A DNA stretch of 24,158 bases from Candidatus Hydrogenedentota bacterium (GCA_046583315.1 JAYGCN010000088.1:1-24158); one strand, 5' to 3'; counted from the stretch's first letter, positions 1-9,399 are shown. The notes: generated by a model not told the origin, from the letters alone. Made by a program: numbers and translations.

Positions 1-1
1 T

Positions 2-154
2 CCCGACGGCGTTGAAATGGTGATGCCGGGCGACAACATTACGATTGTCGGCGAGCTGATTACGCCGATAGCGATGGACGAAGAATTACGCTTTGCCATC
101 CGCGAAGGCGGCCGTACCGTCGGCGCCGGCGTGGTCACCAAAGTGATTGCATAA
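2..154 (+). CDS. tuf: Elongation factor Tu, C-terminal fragment (gene starts before the window)
   Basis: Translated by hand: [50 protein letters not shown], stop TAA at 152-154; canonical EF-Tu C-terminus. Confidence 0.98.
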   Translation, partial: PDGVEMVMPGDNITIVGELITPIAMDEELRFAIREGGRTVGAGVVTKVIA

Positions 155-188
155 GCTGGGTCATTAAGCCCTTTTTTGGAGAACAGCA

Positions 189-500
189 ATGGCAGGCACG
201 AACAAAATACGGATCAAGTTGCGCGCATACGACCACAAGCTTCTGGACAAGTCGACCCAAGATATTGTGTTGGCCGCCCAGCGGACCGGCGCTACGGTAA
301 TCGGGCCTATCCCGTTGCCGAAGTCGATTAATAAGTACACTGTGTTGCGTTCGCCGCACGTGAACAAGAAGTGGCGTGAGCGGTGCGAAATGCGCACACA
401 TAAACGTTTGCTGGATATCGCCAGCCCGACGGCCCAAACGGTCGACGCGCTGATGAAGCTTGACCTTCCGGCCGGCGTGGATGTGGAAATCAAGCAGTAA
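189..500 (+). CDS. rpsJ: 30S ribosomal protein S10
   Basis: [53 protein letters not shown] 178-181. The usual SREQF reads WRERC (see findings). Confidence 0.97.
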   Translation: MAGTNKIRIKLRAYDHKLLDKSTQDIVLAAQRTGATVIGPIPLPKSINKYTVLRSPHVNKKWRERCEMRTHKRLLDIASPTAQTVDALMKLDLPAGVDVEIKQ

Positions 501-576
501 ACGACTAACTCGATTAACCAATAGATAGGTAGGGGACTTGCTCCCAAGCCTGGGCCTCATCAGAGGATTGTAAGAA

Positions 577-1212
577 ATGATAAACGGATTACTTGGAAAA
601 AAAGTTGGGATGACCCGGCTCTTCACCGATGACGGACACTGGATAGAAGTGACCGTACTCGAAGCAGGACCGTGCAGTGTCGTTCAACGCAAGACCAAAG
701 ACACCGATGGCTACAGTGCTGTGCAGCTGGGTTACGGCGACGTGAAAGAATCGCGTTGCAACAAACCGCTGTCCGGACACTTCGAAAAGAACGGTGTTAA
801 GCCCAAGCGCGTACTCAAAGAGATTCGCGTACCGGACGATGCCGATATAAGTGCCGGTGACGAAGTCAAAGCGGATATTTTCGCTGTGGGCGACCGCGTA
901 GACATTTGCGGCACGACCAAAGGCCGAGGCTTTGCGGGTGTGATTAAGCGCCACGGCTTTGCGGGCGGACCTGGTGGTCACGGATCACACTTTCACCGGG
1001 CTCCTGGTTCGGTTGGACAGAGTGCGGACCCCGCCAAGGTGTACAAGAACAAACGTATGCCTGGCCATTACGGCAGTACCAAGACCACGGTTCAGAATCT
1101 TGAAGTGGTCAATGTGGATACCGACAAAAATCTCTTGATCGTTCGCGGTAGCGTTCCCGGTGCAAACGGGGGACTCGTCGTGGTCAACAAGAGCGTGAAA
1201 GGAGCCCGCTAA
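577..1212 (+). CDS. rplC: 50S ribosomal protein L3
   Basis: GKKVGMT, DGYSAVQLG, KGRGFAGVIKRH, HRAPGS, MPGH, GSVPG; gene order. Confidence 0.98.
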   Translation: MINGLLGKKVGMTRLFTDDGHWIEVTVLEAGPCSVVQRKTKDTDGYSAVQLGYGDVKESRCNKPLSGHFEKNGVKPKRVLKEIRVPDDADISAGDEVKADIFAVGDRVDICGTTKGRGFAGVIKRHGFAGGPGGHGSHFHRAPGSVGQSADPAKVYKNKRMPGHYGSTKTTVQNLEVVNVDTDKNLLIVRGSVPGANGGLVVVNKSVKGAR

Positions 1213-1214
1213 TC

Positions 1215-1841
1215 ATGGCTTCTGTAAAAGTATATAGTGCTGACGGTACTGAAAAAGAAACCATCGACTTGAATGCAGCGGTATTCGATATTGAACCGAA
1301 CGTTGGATTGGTTCATCAGGTCGCAACCACGCTTCAGGCCAACCAGCGTCAAGGCAATGCCGAGACCAAAGTGCGCAAAGAAGTACGCGGTGGTGGTCGT
1401 AAACCGTTCCGTCAAAAAGGCACGGGTAATGCACGCCAGGGTAGTATTCGCGAGCCGCATATGCGCGGTGGTGGCGTGGTCTTCGGTCCGCACAAACGCA
1501 GTTACCGCAAGAGCCTGCCGCTCAAGATGAGTCGCAAAGCCTTGTGTTGCGTGCTGACCGATCGCGTTCGTAACGAAGCACTTTGTGTTCTGGATGAATT
1601 CACTCTGGATTCGTCGAAAACCAAACCAATCGAAAATCTGTTCAAGGCATTGGCCCCTGAAGGTCGCAACACGCTTCTGGTCACCGCTGAGACCGATACG
1701 AATATCGTTAGCTCTAGCCGCAACCTGGATCGGTTCACGGTACGTACCGCGGCCGATGTCAATGCGCTTGACGTACTTAACGCAAAACGGGTCATCGTTC
1801 TGAAAGATGCCCTTCCCAATTTGGAGGCACGACTCGCATGA
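1215..1841 (+). CDS. rplD: 50S ribosomal protein L4
   Basis: RQG..TK.R.EVRGGGRKPFRQKGTGNARQGSIR.P..RGGGVVFGP. Confidence 0.98.
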   Translation: MASVKVYSADGTEKETIDLNAAVFDIEPNVGLVHQVATTLQANQRQGNAETKVRKEVRGGGRKPFRQKGTGNARQGSIREPHMRGGGVVFGPHKRSYRKSLPLKMSRKALCCVLTDRVRNEALCVLDEFTLDSSKTKPIENLFKALAPEGRNTLLVTAETDTNIVSSSRNLDRFTVRTAADVNALDVLNAKRVIVLKDALPNLEARLA

Positions 1842-2134
1842 AGGCCGAGCATCCCTATCACGTAATCAAGACACCGATTTTGTCCGAAGAATCAACCATT
1901 CAGACAGAATCGAACAATAAATACACGTTCAAGGTAGATCCTCGCGCGAATAAGAAGCAAATTCGCGAAGCCATTGAAATGCAATGGGGCGACATTAAAG
2001 TCGTTGGTGTGAACACCATGAACTATTCCGGGAAACAACCGGGCCGTCGCGGCGCGGGGTCTCCGGGATTTAAGTCGAAGTGGAAAAAAGCCATCGTGAC
2101 TTTGCGCGAAGGCGATACGATCGAATTGATCTAG
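1838..2134 (+). CDS. rplW: 50S ribosomal protein L23
   Basis: [33 protein letters not shown] overlap with the rplD stop. Confidence 0.96.
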   Translation: MKAEHPYHVIKTPILSEESTIQTESNNKYTFKVDPRANKKQIREAIEMQWGDIKVVGVNTMNYSGKQPGRRGAGSPGFKSKWKKAIVTLREGDTIELI

Positions 2135-2147
2135 CAGGAGCAATCCA

Positions 2148-2978
2148 GTGGCTTTAAAACGATATAAACCGACATCGCCGGGACAACGGTTCAAGACGAC
2201 GGCGGACTTTTCCGAGCTCACCAAGAAGCGTCCGGAAAAACGCCTGACCGAAGCGAACCCGAAGAAAGCCGGGCGTAACAACCATGGTCGCATCACGATG
2301 CGTCGTCGTGGCGGTGGACATAAACGTCTGTACCGCATCATCGACTTCAAGCGCAACAACGATGGTGTGCCGGGTGTTGTGCAGGCGCTTGAGTATGATC
2401 CGAATCGCAGTGCACGCATTGCGCTGGTAGTCTTCGCGGATGGTGATAAGCGCTACGTGCTGGCACCGGAAGGTCTCGAAGTGGGTATGACCATTCTCAG
2501 CGGCTCCGATATTGAGTTTCAGGTGGGCAACTGTCTGCCGCTCGGTAAGATTCCGGTGGGTACAGTGGTCCATAACGTTGAATTAGTGCCCGGTAAAGGC
2601 GGCAAGATGGCCCGTTCCGCGGGGAACAGCTGCCAGTTGCTCGGTAAAGAAGGTGACCAGGCTTCCGTACGGTTGCCGTCCGGTGAAATGCGCCGCGTAC
2701 CCATTATTTGTCGCGCGACCATCGGCGTTGTCGGCAATGCGGAACACAACAACATCAGTTTGGGTAAAGCCGGACGCTCGCGTTGGCTTGGACGTCGCCC
2801 GAAGGTTCGTGGTGTTGTGATGAACCCGGTTGATCACCCGCACGGTGGCGGTGAAGGAAAGAGTTCCGGTGGTCGTCATCCGGTAACCCCTTGGGGTGTA
2901 CCGACCAAAGGCTATAAGACCCGTAAGAAAAATCACCGCACGGATCAGTACATTATCCGTCGTCGGAATAAAAAGTAA
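2148..2978 (+). CDS. rplB: 50S ribosomal protein L2 (GTG start)
   Basis: [57 protein letters not shown] 2136-2140. Confidence 0.99.
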   Translation: MALKRYKPTSPGQRFKTTADFSELTKKRPEKRLTEANPKKAGRNNHGRITMRRRGGGHKRLYRIIDFKRNNDGVPGVVQALEYDPNRSARIALVVFADGDKRYVLAPEGLEVGMTILSGSDIEFQVGNCLPLGKIPVGTVVHNVELVPGKGGKMARSAGNSCQLLGKEGDQASVRLPSGEMRRVPIICRATIGVVGNAEHNNISLGKAGRSRWLGRRPKVRGVVMNPVDHPHGGGEGKSSGGRHPVTPWGVPTKGYKTRKKNHRTDQYIIRRRNKK

Positions 2979-2993
2979 TTAGGAGATAATCCA

Positions 2994-3260
2994 GTGGCAC
3001 GTTCAGTAAAAAAAGGACCGTTTATCGACGATCACCTGTTGAAGAAGGTTGAGAAAGCCCGCGCCGGTAGCGATCGCACTGTGATCCGTACCTGGTCTCG
3101 CCGTTCAACCATCTTCCCGGAAATGGTTGGACTCACCATCGCGGTTCATAACGGCCGCGCGTTTATCCCTGTATTCATATCGGAAAACATGGTAGGGCAC
3201 AAGCTCGGTGAATTTTCTCCGACCCGTACCTTCAAATCCCATCCGTTAAAGAAAAAGTAG
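2994..3260 (+). CDS. rpsS: 30S ribosomal protein S19 (GTG start)
   Basis: [39 protein letters not shown] 2981-2985. Confidence 0.99.
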   Translation: MARSVKKGPFIDDHLLKKVEKARAGSDRTVIRTWSRRSTIFPEMVGLTIAVHNGRAFIPVFISENMVGHKLGEFSPTRTFKSHPLKKK

Positions 3261-3272
3261 GAGTGACCCATT

Positions 3273-3632
3273 ATGGCAACAGCCGTAGCACGTGTAAAAC
3301 GAGTTCGCATCGCCCCGCGTAAAGTGCGGTTGGTGGCGGACTTGATTCGAGGCAAAAAAGTCTCCGAAGCACGCGACATATTATTTTTTACGACAAAAGG
3401 TTCTGCACCCGTTATTCGCAAGGCACTCGACTCAGCAGTGGCCAACGCGGAACATGCGGCGGCGGAAAACGATGGAAATGTAGACACAGACGAAATGATT
3501 GTTAAAACGATTCGCGTCGATGAAGCCGAAACGCTCAAACGATTCCAACCGGTCGCACGCGGCCGCGCGGCTCAAATTCGTAAACGTTCCAGTCACATCG
3601 AACTGATCATCAGCGACGAAAAGGAGAGTTAG
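3273..3632 (+). CDS. rplV: 50S ribosomal protein L22
   Basis: [36 protein letters not shown]. Confidence 0.98.
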   Translation: MATAVARVKRVRIAPRKVRLVADLIRGKKVSEARDILFFTTKGSAPVIRKALDSAVANAEHAAAENDGNVDTDEMIVKTIRVDEAETLKRFQPVARGRAAQIRKRSSHIELIISDEKES

Positions 3633-3633
3633 G

Positions 3634-4365
3634 GTGGGCCAAAAAGTACATCCATTTGGATTTCGACTCGGCATTATTAATGACTGGAGTTCGGTGTGGT
3701 ATGCCGGCAAGAAAGATTACGCCGAACTGCTTCACGAGGACTTGAAACTGCGCGATTATGTCAAGAAACGTCTGTACAGCACGGGCGTGGCAAAGATTGA
3801 CATTGAACGCGCCGGTCGCAAGGCCAAGGTGCACATATACACGGCACGCCCGGGTTTGGTTATCGGACAGCGCGGACAGGAAGTGGACAAGCTGCGTTAC
3901 GAGCTTGAAAAACTGACCGGCCGAGAACTGCTCATTAACATTCACGAAGTGTTGAGCCCCGAATTGAGTGCTCAGCTGGTCGCCGAAAGCGTGTCGAGTC
4001 AGCTTGAACGTCGCGTCGCGTTTCGTCGCGCCATGAAGAAGACCGTGCAAAACACCATGCGTCTCGGTGCCAAAGGTATCCGACTTCGTGTGGCAGGCCG
4101 CTTGAACGGTGCTGAAATTGCGCGCGCCGAACAAGTCCGCGAAGGCAGCGTTCCGTTGCACACGTTGCGCGCCAATGTTGACTATGGAACGGCCACCGCG
4201 AGCACCACCTATGGGTGCATCGGTGTGAAATGTTGGATATACCACGGGGAACTGATGCCCGGAGAAATGGCACCGAAGATGGCCGGCGATCAGGCCCACA
4301 GTGCACGTAGACGTCGCGGCTCTGGACAAGGTGGTCAGGGTGGTTCGGGACAAGGACAGGGTTAA
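3634..4365 (+). CDS. rpsC: 30S ribosomal protein S3 (GTG start; Gly/Gln-rich tail)
   Basis: [14 protein letters not shown]-domain [25 protein letters not shown]. Confidence 0.99.
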   Translation: MGQKVHPFGFRLGIINDWSSVWYAGKKDYAELLHEDLKLRDYVKKRLYSTGVAKIDIERAGRKAKVHIYTARPGLVIGQRGQEVDKLRYELEKLTGRELLINIHEVLSPELSAQLVAESVSSQLERRVAFRRAMKKTVQNTMRLGAKGIRLRVAGRLNGAEIARAEQVREGSVPLHTLRANVDYGTATASTTYGCIGVKCWIYHGELMPGEMAPKMAGDQAHSARRRRGSGQGGQGGSGQGQG

Positions 4366-4417
4366 GCGTCTTCTTAAGCGCTCCTGATTGAAGAAGAATT
4401 AACGGAGAACGAACATT

Positions 4418-4828
4418 ATGTTGATGCCGAAAAGAGTGAAGCACCGCAAAGTTCAGCGTGGTCGCCGAAAGGGTAATGCCAAAGGCGGTTTTAATCTGGA
4501 TTTTGGCGAGTACGGCCTCAAGGCAACGCAAGACGGTTGGATTACGTCGCGCCAGATTGAAGCGACCCGTATTGCACTGACGCGTAAAGTAAAACGTGGC
4601 GGTAAAATATGGATTCGCGTTTTTCCGGACAAGCCGATTACGAAGAAGCCCGCTGAAGTACGAATGGGTAAAGGTAAAGGGGCCCCGGAAATCTGGGTCG
4701 CTGTTGTAAAACCCGGCCGCATTCTCTTTGAACTTGAAGGGGTGCCCGAGGATTTGGCCCGCGACGCGATTCGTCTTGCCGGCCACAAAATGCCGATCAG
4801 CACGAAATTTGTGAAACGCGGCTACTAA
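4418..4828 (+). CDS. rplP: 50S ribosomal protein L16
   Basis: [32 protein letters not shown]. Confidence 0.99.
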   Translation: MLMPKRVKHRKVQRGRRKGNAKGGFNLDFGEYGLKATQDGWITSRQIEATRIALTRKVKRGGKIWIRVFPDKPITKKPAEVRMGKGKGAPEIWVAVVKPGRILFELEGVPEDLARDAIRLAGHKMPISTKFVKRGY

Positions 4829-4851
4829 GTCGTTGAAATTGGAGAGAGACA

Positions 4852-5073
4852 GCGAAAGCACCTGAATTGCGAGAAAAGAACGACGAGGAACTCGCCCTGC
4901 TCATTAAAGAGCGCACGGACGATCTGATGCACTTTCGTCTTCAGATGGCCAGTGGGGTTGTCGACGATATGCGCGCCAGCCGTGAGGCCCGACGCGAGAT
5001 TGCCCGAATCAAAACGATACTCAACGAGCGCCAACGCGCCGCACAGACTGCCAATGCAGGAGATGAGAGCTAA
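4852..5073 (+). CDS. rpmC: 50S ribosomal protein L29 (homology-implied start codon reads GCG; ORF finder uses TTG at 4867)
   Basis: xKAPELREK...[14 protein letters not shown]; lies between rplP and rpsQ; SD GGAG 4841-4844 is 7 nt before 4852. Confidence 0.93.
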   Translation, partial: AKAPELREKNDEELALLIKERTDDLMHFRLQMASGVVDDMRASREARREIARIKTILNERQRAAQTANAGDES

Positions 5074-5075
5074 TC

Positions 5076-5333
5076 ATGGAAGAACGAGGACATCAAAAAG
5101 AACGTGTAGGCCTGGTGGTCAGTGACAAGATGGACAAGACCATCACGGTAGCCGTCGAACGCCGCATGCAGCACCCCTTGTATAAAAAGGTGATTCGCCG
5201 CACGAAAAAGTTTCATGCGCATGATGAAGCCAACGAATGTAACGTGGGCGATCTGGTTCGTATTCGCGAATCACGGCCGTTGAGCAAGACCAAACGCTGG
5301 CGTTTGGTGGAAGTCGTAAAACAGGCTGACTAA
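5076..5333 (+). CDS. rpsQ: 30S ribosomal protein S17
   Basis: [32 protein letters not shown]. Confidence 0.99.
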   Translation: MEERGHQKERVGLVVSDKMDKTITVAVERRMQHPLYKKVIRRTKKFHAHDEANECNVGDLVRIRESRPLSKTKRWRLVEVVKQAD

Positions 5334-5373
5334 ACCGACCCGGGAGAGTCCCGGTTCACGATAAAGGTTAACG

Positions 5374-5742
5374 ATGATACAGCTAGAAACAAGTTTACAA
5401 GTAGCCGACAATTCCGGCGCACGCAAGATCAAGTGCATTGGCGTGGTTGGCGGTACGCGACGTCGCTATGCGCGTTTGGGCGATGTCATTACGGCATCGG
5501 TCAAAGAAGCCATCCCCAATTCGCCCGTGAAAAAAGGTGAAGTGGTCAAGGCGGTTATCGTGCGGATGCGTCGCGACACGCAGCGTCCTGATGGCACGGT
5601 AATTCGTTTCGATACGAATGCGGCCGTAATCATCAACGCGCAAAAAGAGCCCCGCGGTACCCGTATCTTCGGGCCCGTACCCCGCGAACTTCGCGACAAG
5701 GGTTTCATGCGTATTGTCTCATTGGCCCCTGAAGTGGTTTAG
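5374..5742 (+). CDS. rplN: 50S ribosomal protein L14
   Basis: [34 protein letters not shown]. Confidence 0.99.
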   Translation: MIQLETSLQVADNSGARKIKCIGVVGGTRRRYARLGDVITASVKEAIPNSPVKKGEVVKAVIVRMRRDTQRPDGTVIRFDTNAAVIINAQKEPRGTRIFGPVPRELRDKGFMRIVSLAPEVV

Positions 5743-5755
5743 AAGGAAAAGCATC

Positions 5756-6082
5756 ATGTATATCCGAAAAGGCGACATTGTACAAGTCATTACAGGCGAT
5801 ACGCGCGATCATGGCAAAACCGGCAAAATTCTGGCGGTGTACCCCAAGACCGAGCGCGTATTGATTGAAGGCATCAACATCATCAAGCGTCATACGAAGC
5901 CGACCAGTGCCAATCAACAAGGCGGTATTGTTGAGAAAGAAGCACCGGTCCATGCGACCAACGTCATGCCCTGGTGTGAATCGGCCGAACGTCCATCGCG
6001 CATCGTAATGAAAAGACTCGACGACGGAACACGTGTTCGCGTCTACAAGATTAACGGCGAGACCGTTAAAGACAACAAATAG
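5756..6082 (+). CDS. rplX: 50S ribosomal protein L24 (start moved to ATG 5756)
   Basis: MYIRKGDIVQVITG..GKTGK (KOW motif), EGIN, GGIVEKEAPVHATNV; SD-like AAGGA before 5756. Confidence 0.97.
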   Translation: MYIRKGDIVQVITGDTRDHGKTGKILAVYPKTERVLIEGINIIKRHTKPTSANQQGGIVEKEAPVHATNVMPWCESAERPSRIVMKRLDDGTRVRVYKINGETVKDNK

Positions 6083-6097
6083 AGGAGCGGGAGTCCC

Positions 6098-6655
6098 GTG
6101 GCAGCACGATTAAAAGAACAATATACCAGCACGATAAAGAAATCGTTACTGGACAAATACAAGTATCCCAACGTCATGCAGATCCCGCGACTGGAAAAAG
6201 TCGTGGTCAACATGGGCTGTGGCGATGCGAACAGTGAACCGCGACTGCTTGAAATGGCGATCGAAGAGCTCGGCGTGATTACGGGTCAAAAGCCCAGCCC
6301 GCGTAGAGCCAAGAAATCCATCTCAAACTTCAAATTGCGTGAAGGTCAGGAAATCGGATGTACGGTGACCCTGCGTGGTCAGCGGATGTTTGAGTTTCTC
6401 GATCGCCTGTTCAACGTGGCCATGCCGCGTATTCGCGATTTCCGTGGCGTGTCGGACAAAGCCTTTGATGGCGGGTTCAACTACACGATGGGCCTTAAAG
6501 AACAAACGATTTTTCCCGAGCTCAACATGGACGCTGTCCAACGTGAGCGCGGCATGAATATAACTTTTGTGATTCGCAACTCAACATCCCGCGAAGAGAG
6601 CTACGATCTTCTCAAGATGATGGGCATGCCCTTCGTAAATCGGGACGAGAACTAA
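6098..6655 (+). CDS. rplE: 50S ribosomal protein L5 (GTG start)
   Basis: PRLEKVVVNMG, ITGQKP, FKLREG, VTLRG, PRIRDFRG, IFPE. Confidence 0.99.
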   Translation: MAARLKEQYTSTIKKSLLDKYKYPNVMQIPRLEKVVVNMGCGDANSEPRLLEMAIEELGVITGQKPSPRRAKKSISNFKLREGQEIGCTVTLRGQRMFEFLDRLFNVAMPRIRDFRGVSDKAFDGGFNYTMGLKEQTIFPELNMDAVQRERGMNITFVIRNSTSREESYDLLKMMGMPFVNRDEN

Positions 6656-6706
6656 ACCAAACACAACGCGTCCGGATGCCGGGCGAGACGTGAGGAGAAT
6701 AAGCAC

Positions 6707-6892
6707 ATGGCCAAAAAGTCCATGATTGCCAAACAACAACGCAAGCCGAAATTCAAGGTCCAAGGCTACAATCGCTGCCGCGTATGCGGACGCCCCCGCG
6801 GATTTATGCGCAAGTTCCAACTGTGCAGAATCTGTTTCCGTACCCTGGCTCTGGAAGGCAAAATTCCCGGCATCAAGAAATCAAGCTGGTAA
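6707..6892 (+). CDS. rpsN: 30S ribosomal protein S14, short zinc-binding type (type Z)
   Basis: 61 aa with CRVC and CRIC Zn pairs, ends KSSW. Confidence 0.98.
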   Translation: MAKKSMIAKQQRKPKFKVQGYNRCRVCGRPRGFMRKFQLCRICFRTLALEGKIPGIKKSSW

Positions 6893-6911
6893 CCAAACGA
6901 GGTAAGAACTT

Positions 6912-7310
6912 ATGTCTATGACTGATCCATTAGCCGATCTGCTGACGCGGATTCGCAACGCGCTACATGCCGGATATCCGACCGTAGAAGCACCTGCTTC
7001 CCGGTTGAAAGCAGGCGTGTGTGAAGTACTGAAGAACGAAGGGTACATCAATGATTACGTGCGCGAAGAAGATGGCAAGCAAGGCATCTTGCGCATATCA
7101 TTAAAATACACCGCCGACCGCAAGCCTGTGATTCAGGGCATCAAGCGCGTCAGCAAACCGAGCTTGCGTATCTACAAAGGCTCGCAAGACATTCCGCAGG
7201 TTCGATCCGGACTCGGAATTTCCGTGGTGACTACGTCCCGTGGCGTGATGACTGCAAAATCTGCCCGCAACGAAAACGTGGGCGGTGAAGTACTCTGTGA
7301 AGTGTGGTAG
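6912..7310 (+). CDS. rpsH: 30S ribosomal protein S8
   Basis: DPLADLLTRIRNA, EGYI, SKPSLRIY, GGEVLCEVW. Confidence 0.99.
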   Translation: MSMTDPLADLLTRIRNALHAGYPTVEAPASRLKAGVCEVLKNEGYINDYVREEDGKQGILRISLKYTADRKPVIQGIKRVSKPSLRIYKGSQDIPQVRSGLGISVVTTSRGVMTAKSARNENVGGEVLCEVW

Positions 7311-7358
7311 GCACGACACGAATGTTGTCGACCATAACCATAAAAAGGAAATGAACCA

Positions 7359-7895
7359 GTGTCACGCATAGGTAAAAAGCCCGTCGCAATTCCGGACGGC
7401 GTAAAAATAGAAAAATCCGGCAACACCGTCAAGGTGACTGGCCCCAAAGGCAAATTGACCGAAGAGATTCATGCGGCCATTACGGTAACTATCTCCGATG
7501 CCGAAGTCACACTGGAGCGGCCCGATGACCTGCCCGCCAATCGTGCGCTTCACGGATTGAGCCGCGCGTTGATCGCCAACATGATTGTCGGTGTCACGCA
7601 AGGCTACGAGAAAATTCTTGAGATCGTTGGCGTTGGGTATCGCGCCAATGTGAAAGGCAAGACTTTGAATCTTCAGGTTGGTCACAGTCACCCGGTGGCA
7701 GTGGAAGCACCCGACGGTGTTGAATTCAGCGTTGACGGCAATACGACCATCAAAGTCGCCGGTATCGATAAACAAAAAGTAGGTCAAGCCGCAGCCAACA
7801 TTCGCGCCTGGCGTAAACCCGAGCCCTACAAAGGCAAAGGGATTCGCTACCGCAACGAACACGTCCGCCGCAAAGCGGGTAAAGCTGGCGCATAA
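7359..7895 (+). CDS. rplF: 50S ribosomal protein L6 (GTG start)
   Basis: SRIGKKP, GPKG, GVGYRA, PEPYKGKGIRY. Confidence 0.99.
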   Translation: MSRIGKKPVAIPDGVKIEKSGNTVKVTGPKGKLTEEIHAAITVTISDAEVTLERPDDLPANRALHGLSRALIANMIVGVTQGYEKILEIVGVGYRANVKGKTLNLQVGHSHPVAVEAPDGVEFSVDGNTTIKVAGIDKQKVGQAAANIRAWRKPEPYKGKGIRYRNEHVRRKAGKAGA

Positions 7896-7922
7896 CGGCG
7901 AAACGCCTAAGGAACTGGAAAC

Positions 7923-8276
7923 ATGGCAAAACGATCACATAAAGCTGATTTGCTGGCACGTCGCAAGAATCGCGTCCGCAAAAAAATTAACGGTACACCG
8001 GCTGTGCCACGATTGAGCGTTCGTCGTTCACTCAAACACATCTACGCGCAGATTATCGACGATCAAAATGGCAAGACACTTGCCGCCGCCTCATCGATCA
8101 CACTGAACATCCCAGGCGGAAACGCCGAGGGTGCGAAAAAAGTGGGTGAAGCACTGGCCAGTGCCGCCAAAGACGCATCGGTTGAAACCGTTTGTTTCGA
8201 TCGTGGCGGTCGTAAATTTCACGGTCGGGTCAAAGCCCTGGCCGATTCAGCCCGCGAAGGCGGTTTAAAGTTTTAA
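7923..8276 (+). CDS. rplR: 50S ribosomal protein L18
   Basis: [41 protein letters not shown]. Confidence 0.98.
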   Translation: MAKRSHKADLLARRKNRVRKKINGTPAVPRLSVRRSLKHIYAQIIDDQNGKTLAAASSITLNIPGGNAEGAKKVGEALASAAKDASVETVCFDRGGRKFHGRVKALADSAREGGLKF

Positions 8277-8321
8277 TACGCATCTGGAACATCGGCTAGT
8301 TGGCCGACAGGAGAGCATGGT

Positions 8322-8864
8322 TTGAGCACAGACAAGCAGACCGAAAAAAAAGGGCGCGGCAAAGGTAGAGATCGCGGCCCCAAAAAAGAGTCCGAATACA
8401 TTGAAGACGTCGTCAAGATTTACCGCGTATCGAAAGTGGTAAAAGGCGGACGCCGTTTCAGCTTCAGTGCCCTCGCGGTAGTCGGCGATGGTAAAGGTAA
8501 AGTCGGCGCGGCCAAAGGCAAAGCGTCCGAAGTACCCGAAGCCATTCGCAAGGCCATTGAAAAGGCCAAGCGCTCGATGATCGATGTGCCCATCGTGAAT
8601 TCGACCGTGCCCCACGGGGTTATCGGGAAAGCCGATTCGGCCAGCGTCATGTTGAAGCCCGCTTCACTCGGTACCGGTGTGGTAGCTGGTGGACCGGTTC
8701 GTGCAGTACTCGAGGCAGCCGGATACCGCAACATTTTGACCAAATCACTCGGGGCCAACAACGCCACCAACGTGGTGTGGGCAACGATTAACGGGCTCAG
8801 CCAGCTTGAGACCGTAGAACAAATTGCAGCGAAACGCGGATTGGATGTGTCCCAGGTACTCTAA
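8322..8864 (+). CDS. rpsE: 30S ribosomal protein S5 (TTG start)
   Basis: [45 protein letters not shown]. Confidence 0.99.
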   Translation: MSTDKQTEKKGRGKGRDRGPKKESEYIEDVVKIYRVSKVVKGGRRFSFSALAVVGDGKGKVGAAKGKASEVPEAIRKAIEKAKRSMIDVPIVNSTVPHGVIGKADSASVMLKPASLGTGVVAGGPVRAVLEAAGYRNILTKSLGANNATNVVWATINGLSQLETVEQIAAKRGLDVSQVL

Positions 8865-8899
8865 ATCTGGCCACCAGTCACTCAAAGGAATTCAATATT

Positions 8900-9397
8900 A
8901 TGATGGATCTAAGTAACCTCAGCCCCGCGCCGGGTTCGACGAGAAAGCGCAAGCGAATTGGCCGTGGACCAGGCTCCGGACACGGCAAGACTTCCGGTCG
9001 CGGACACAAAGGCCAGAAGTCCCGCTCAGGCTATTCACGTCGCTTCGGATTCGAAGGCGGTCAGATGCCCCTGAACCGTCGTCTGCCCAAACGTGGGTTC
9101 AACCAGATGGAACGCCATCCGAACGCTGAAATCAACGTCGATATTCTCAACGAAAACTTTGAAGACGGTGCGGAAATCACGCTCGAGTCATTGATTGCCA
9201 AGCACGTGATCAAGAAGACCGCCGGTGGCGTCAAAGTGCTGGGTCGCGGTGAACTCACCAAGAAACTCACGCTTAAAGTAAACGCGGTTTCCGCAAGTGC
9301 CCAGGCAAAAATTGAAGCGGCAGGTGGAAGTATTGAATTTATTGAAGTACCAGTGGCACGTGCCGTCAAGAATCGCAAGAAAGGCAAGGGTAAATAA
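8900..9397 (+). CDS. rplO: 50S ribosomal protein L15
   Basis: RIGRGPGSGHGKTSGRGHKGQKSRSG, FEGGQMPL.RRLPKRGF, KIEAAGG. Confidence 0.99.
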   Translation: MMDLSNLSPAPGSTRKRKRIGRGPGSGHGKTSGRGHKGQKSRSGYSRRFGFEGGQMPLNRRLPKRGFNQMERHPNAEINVDILNENFEDGAEITLESLIAKHVIKKTAGGVKVLGRGELTKKLTLKVNAVSASAQAKIEAAGGSIEFIEVPVARAVKNRKKGKGK

Positions 9398-9399
9398 CA

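Noticed and set aside
372..386. Codon reassignment (CGG to Gln or TGG to Ser) explaining the S10 and MAP anomalies
   Set aside because: CGG sits at conserved Arg sites in the same gene (KIRIK, QRTG) and TGG at conserved Trp sites in L2 (RWLG, TPWG) and S19 (TWS); the standard code holds
3610..4861. Long - strand ORFs (247 and 308 aa) and similar antisense ORFs across the ribosomal block
   Set aside because: Shadows of strongly codon-biased r-protein genes
8317..8325. Mini-ORF ATG GTT TGA overlapping the rpsE TTG start
   Set aside because: The ATG is only 3 nt from the AGGAG core while the TTG has 8-nt spacing; likely incidental
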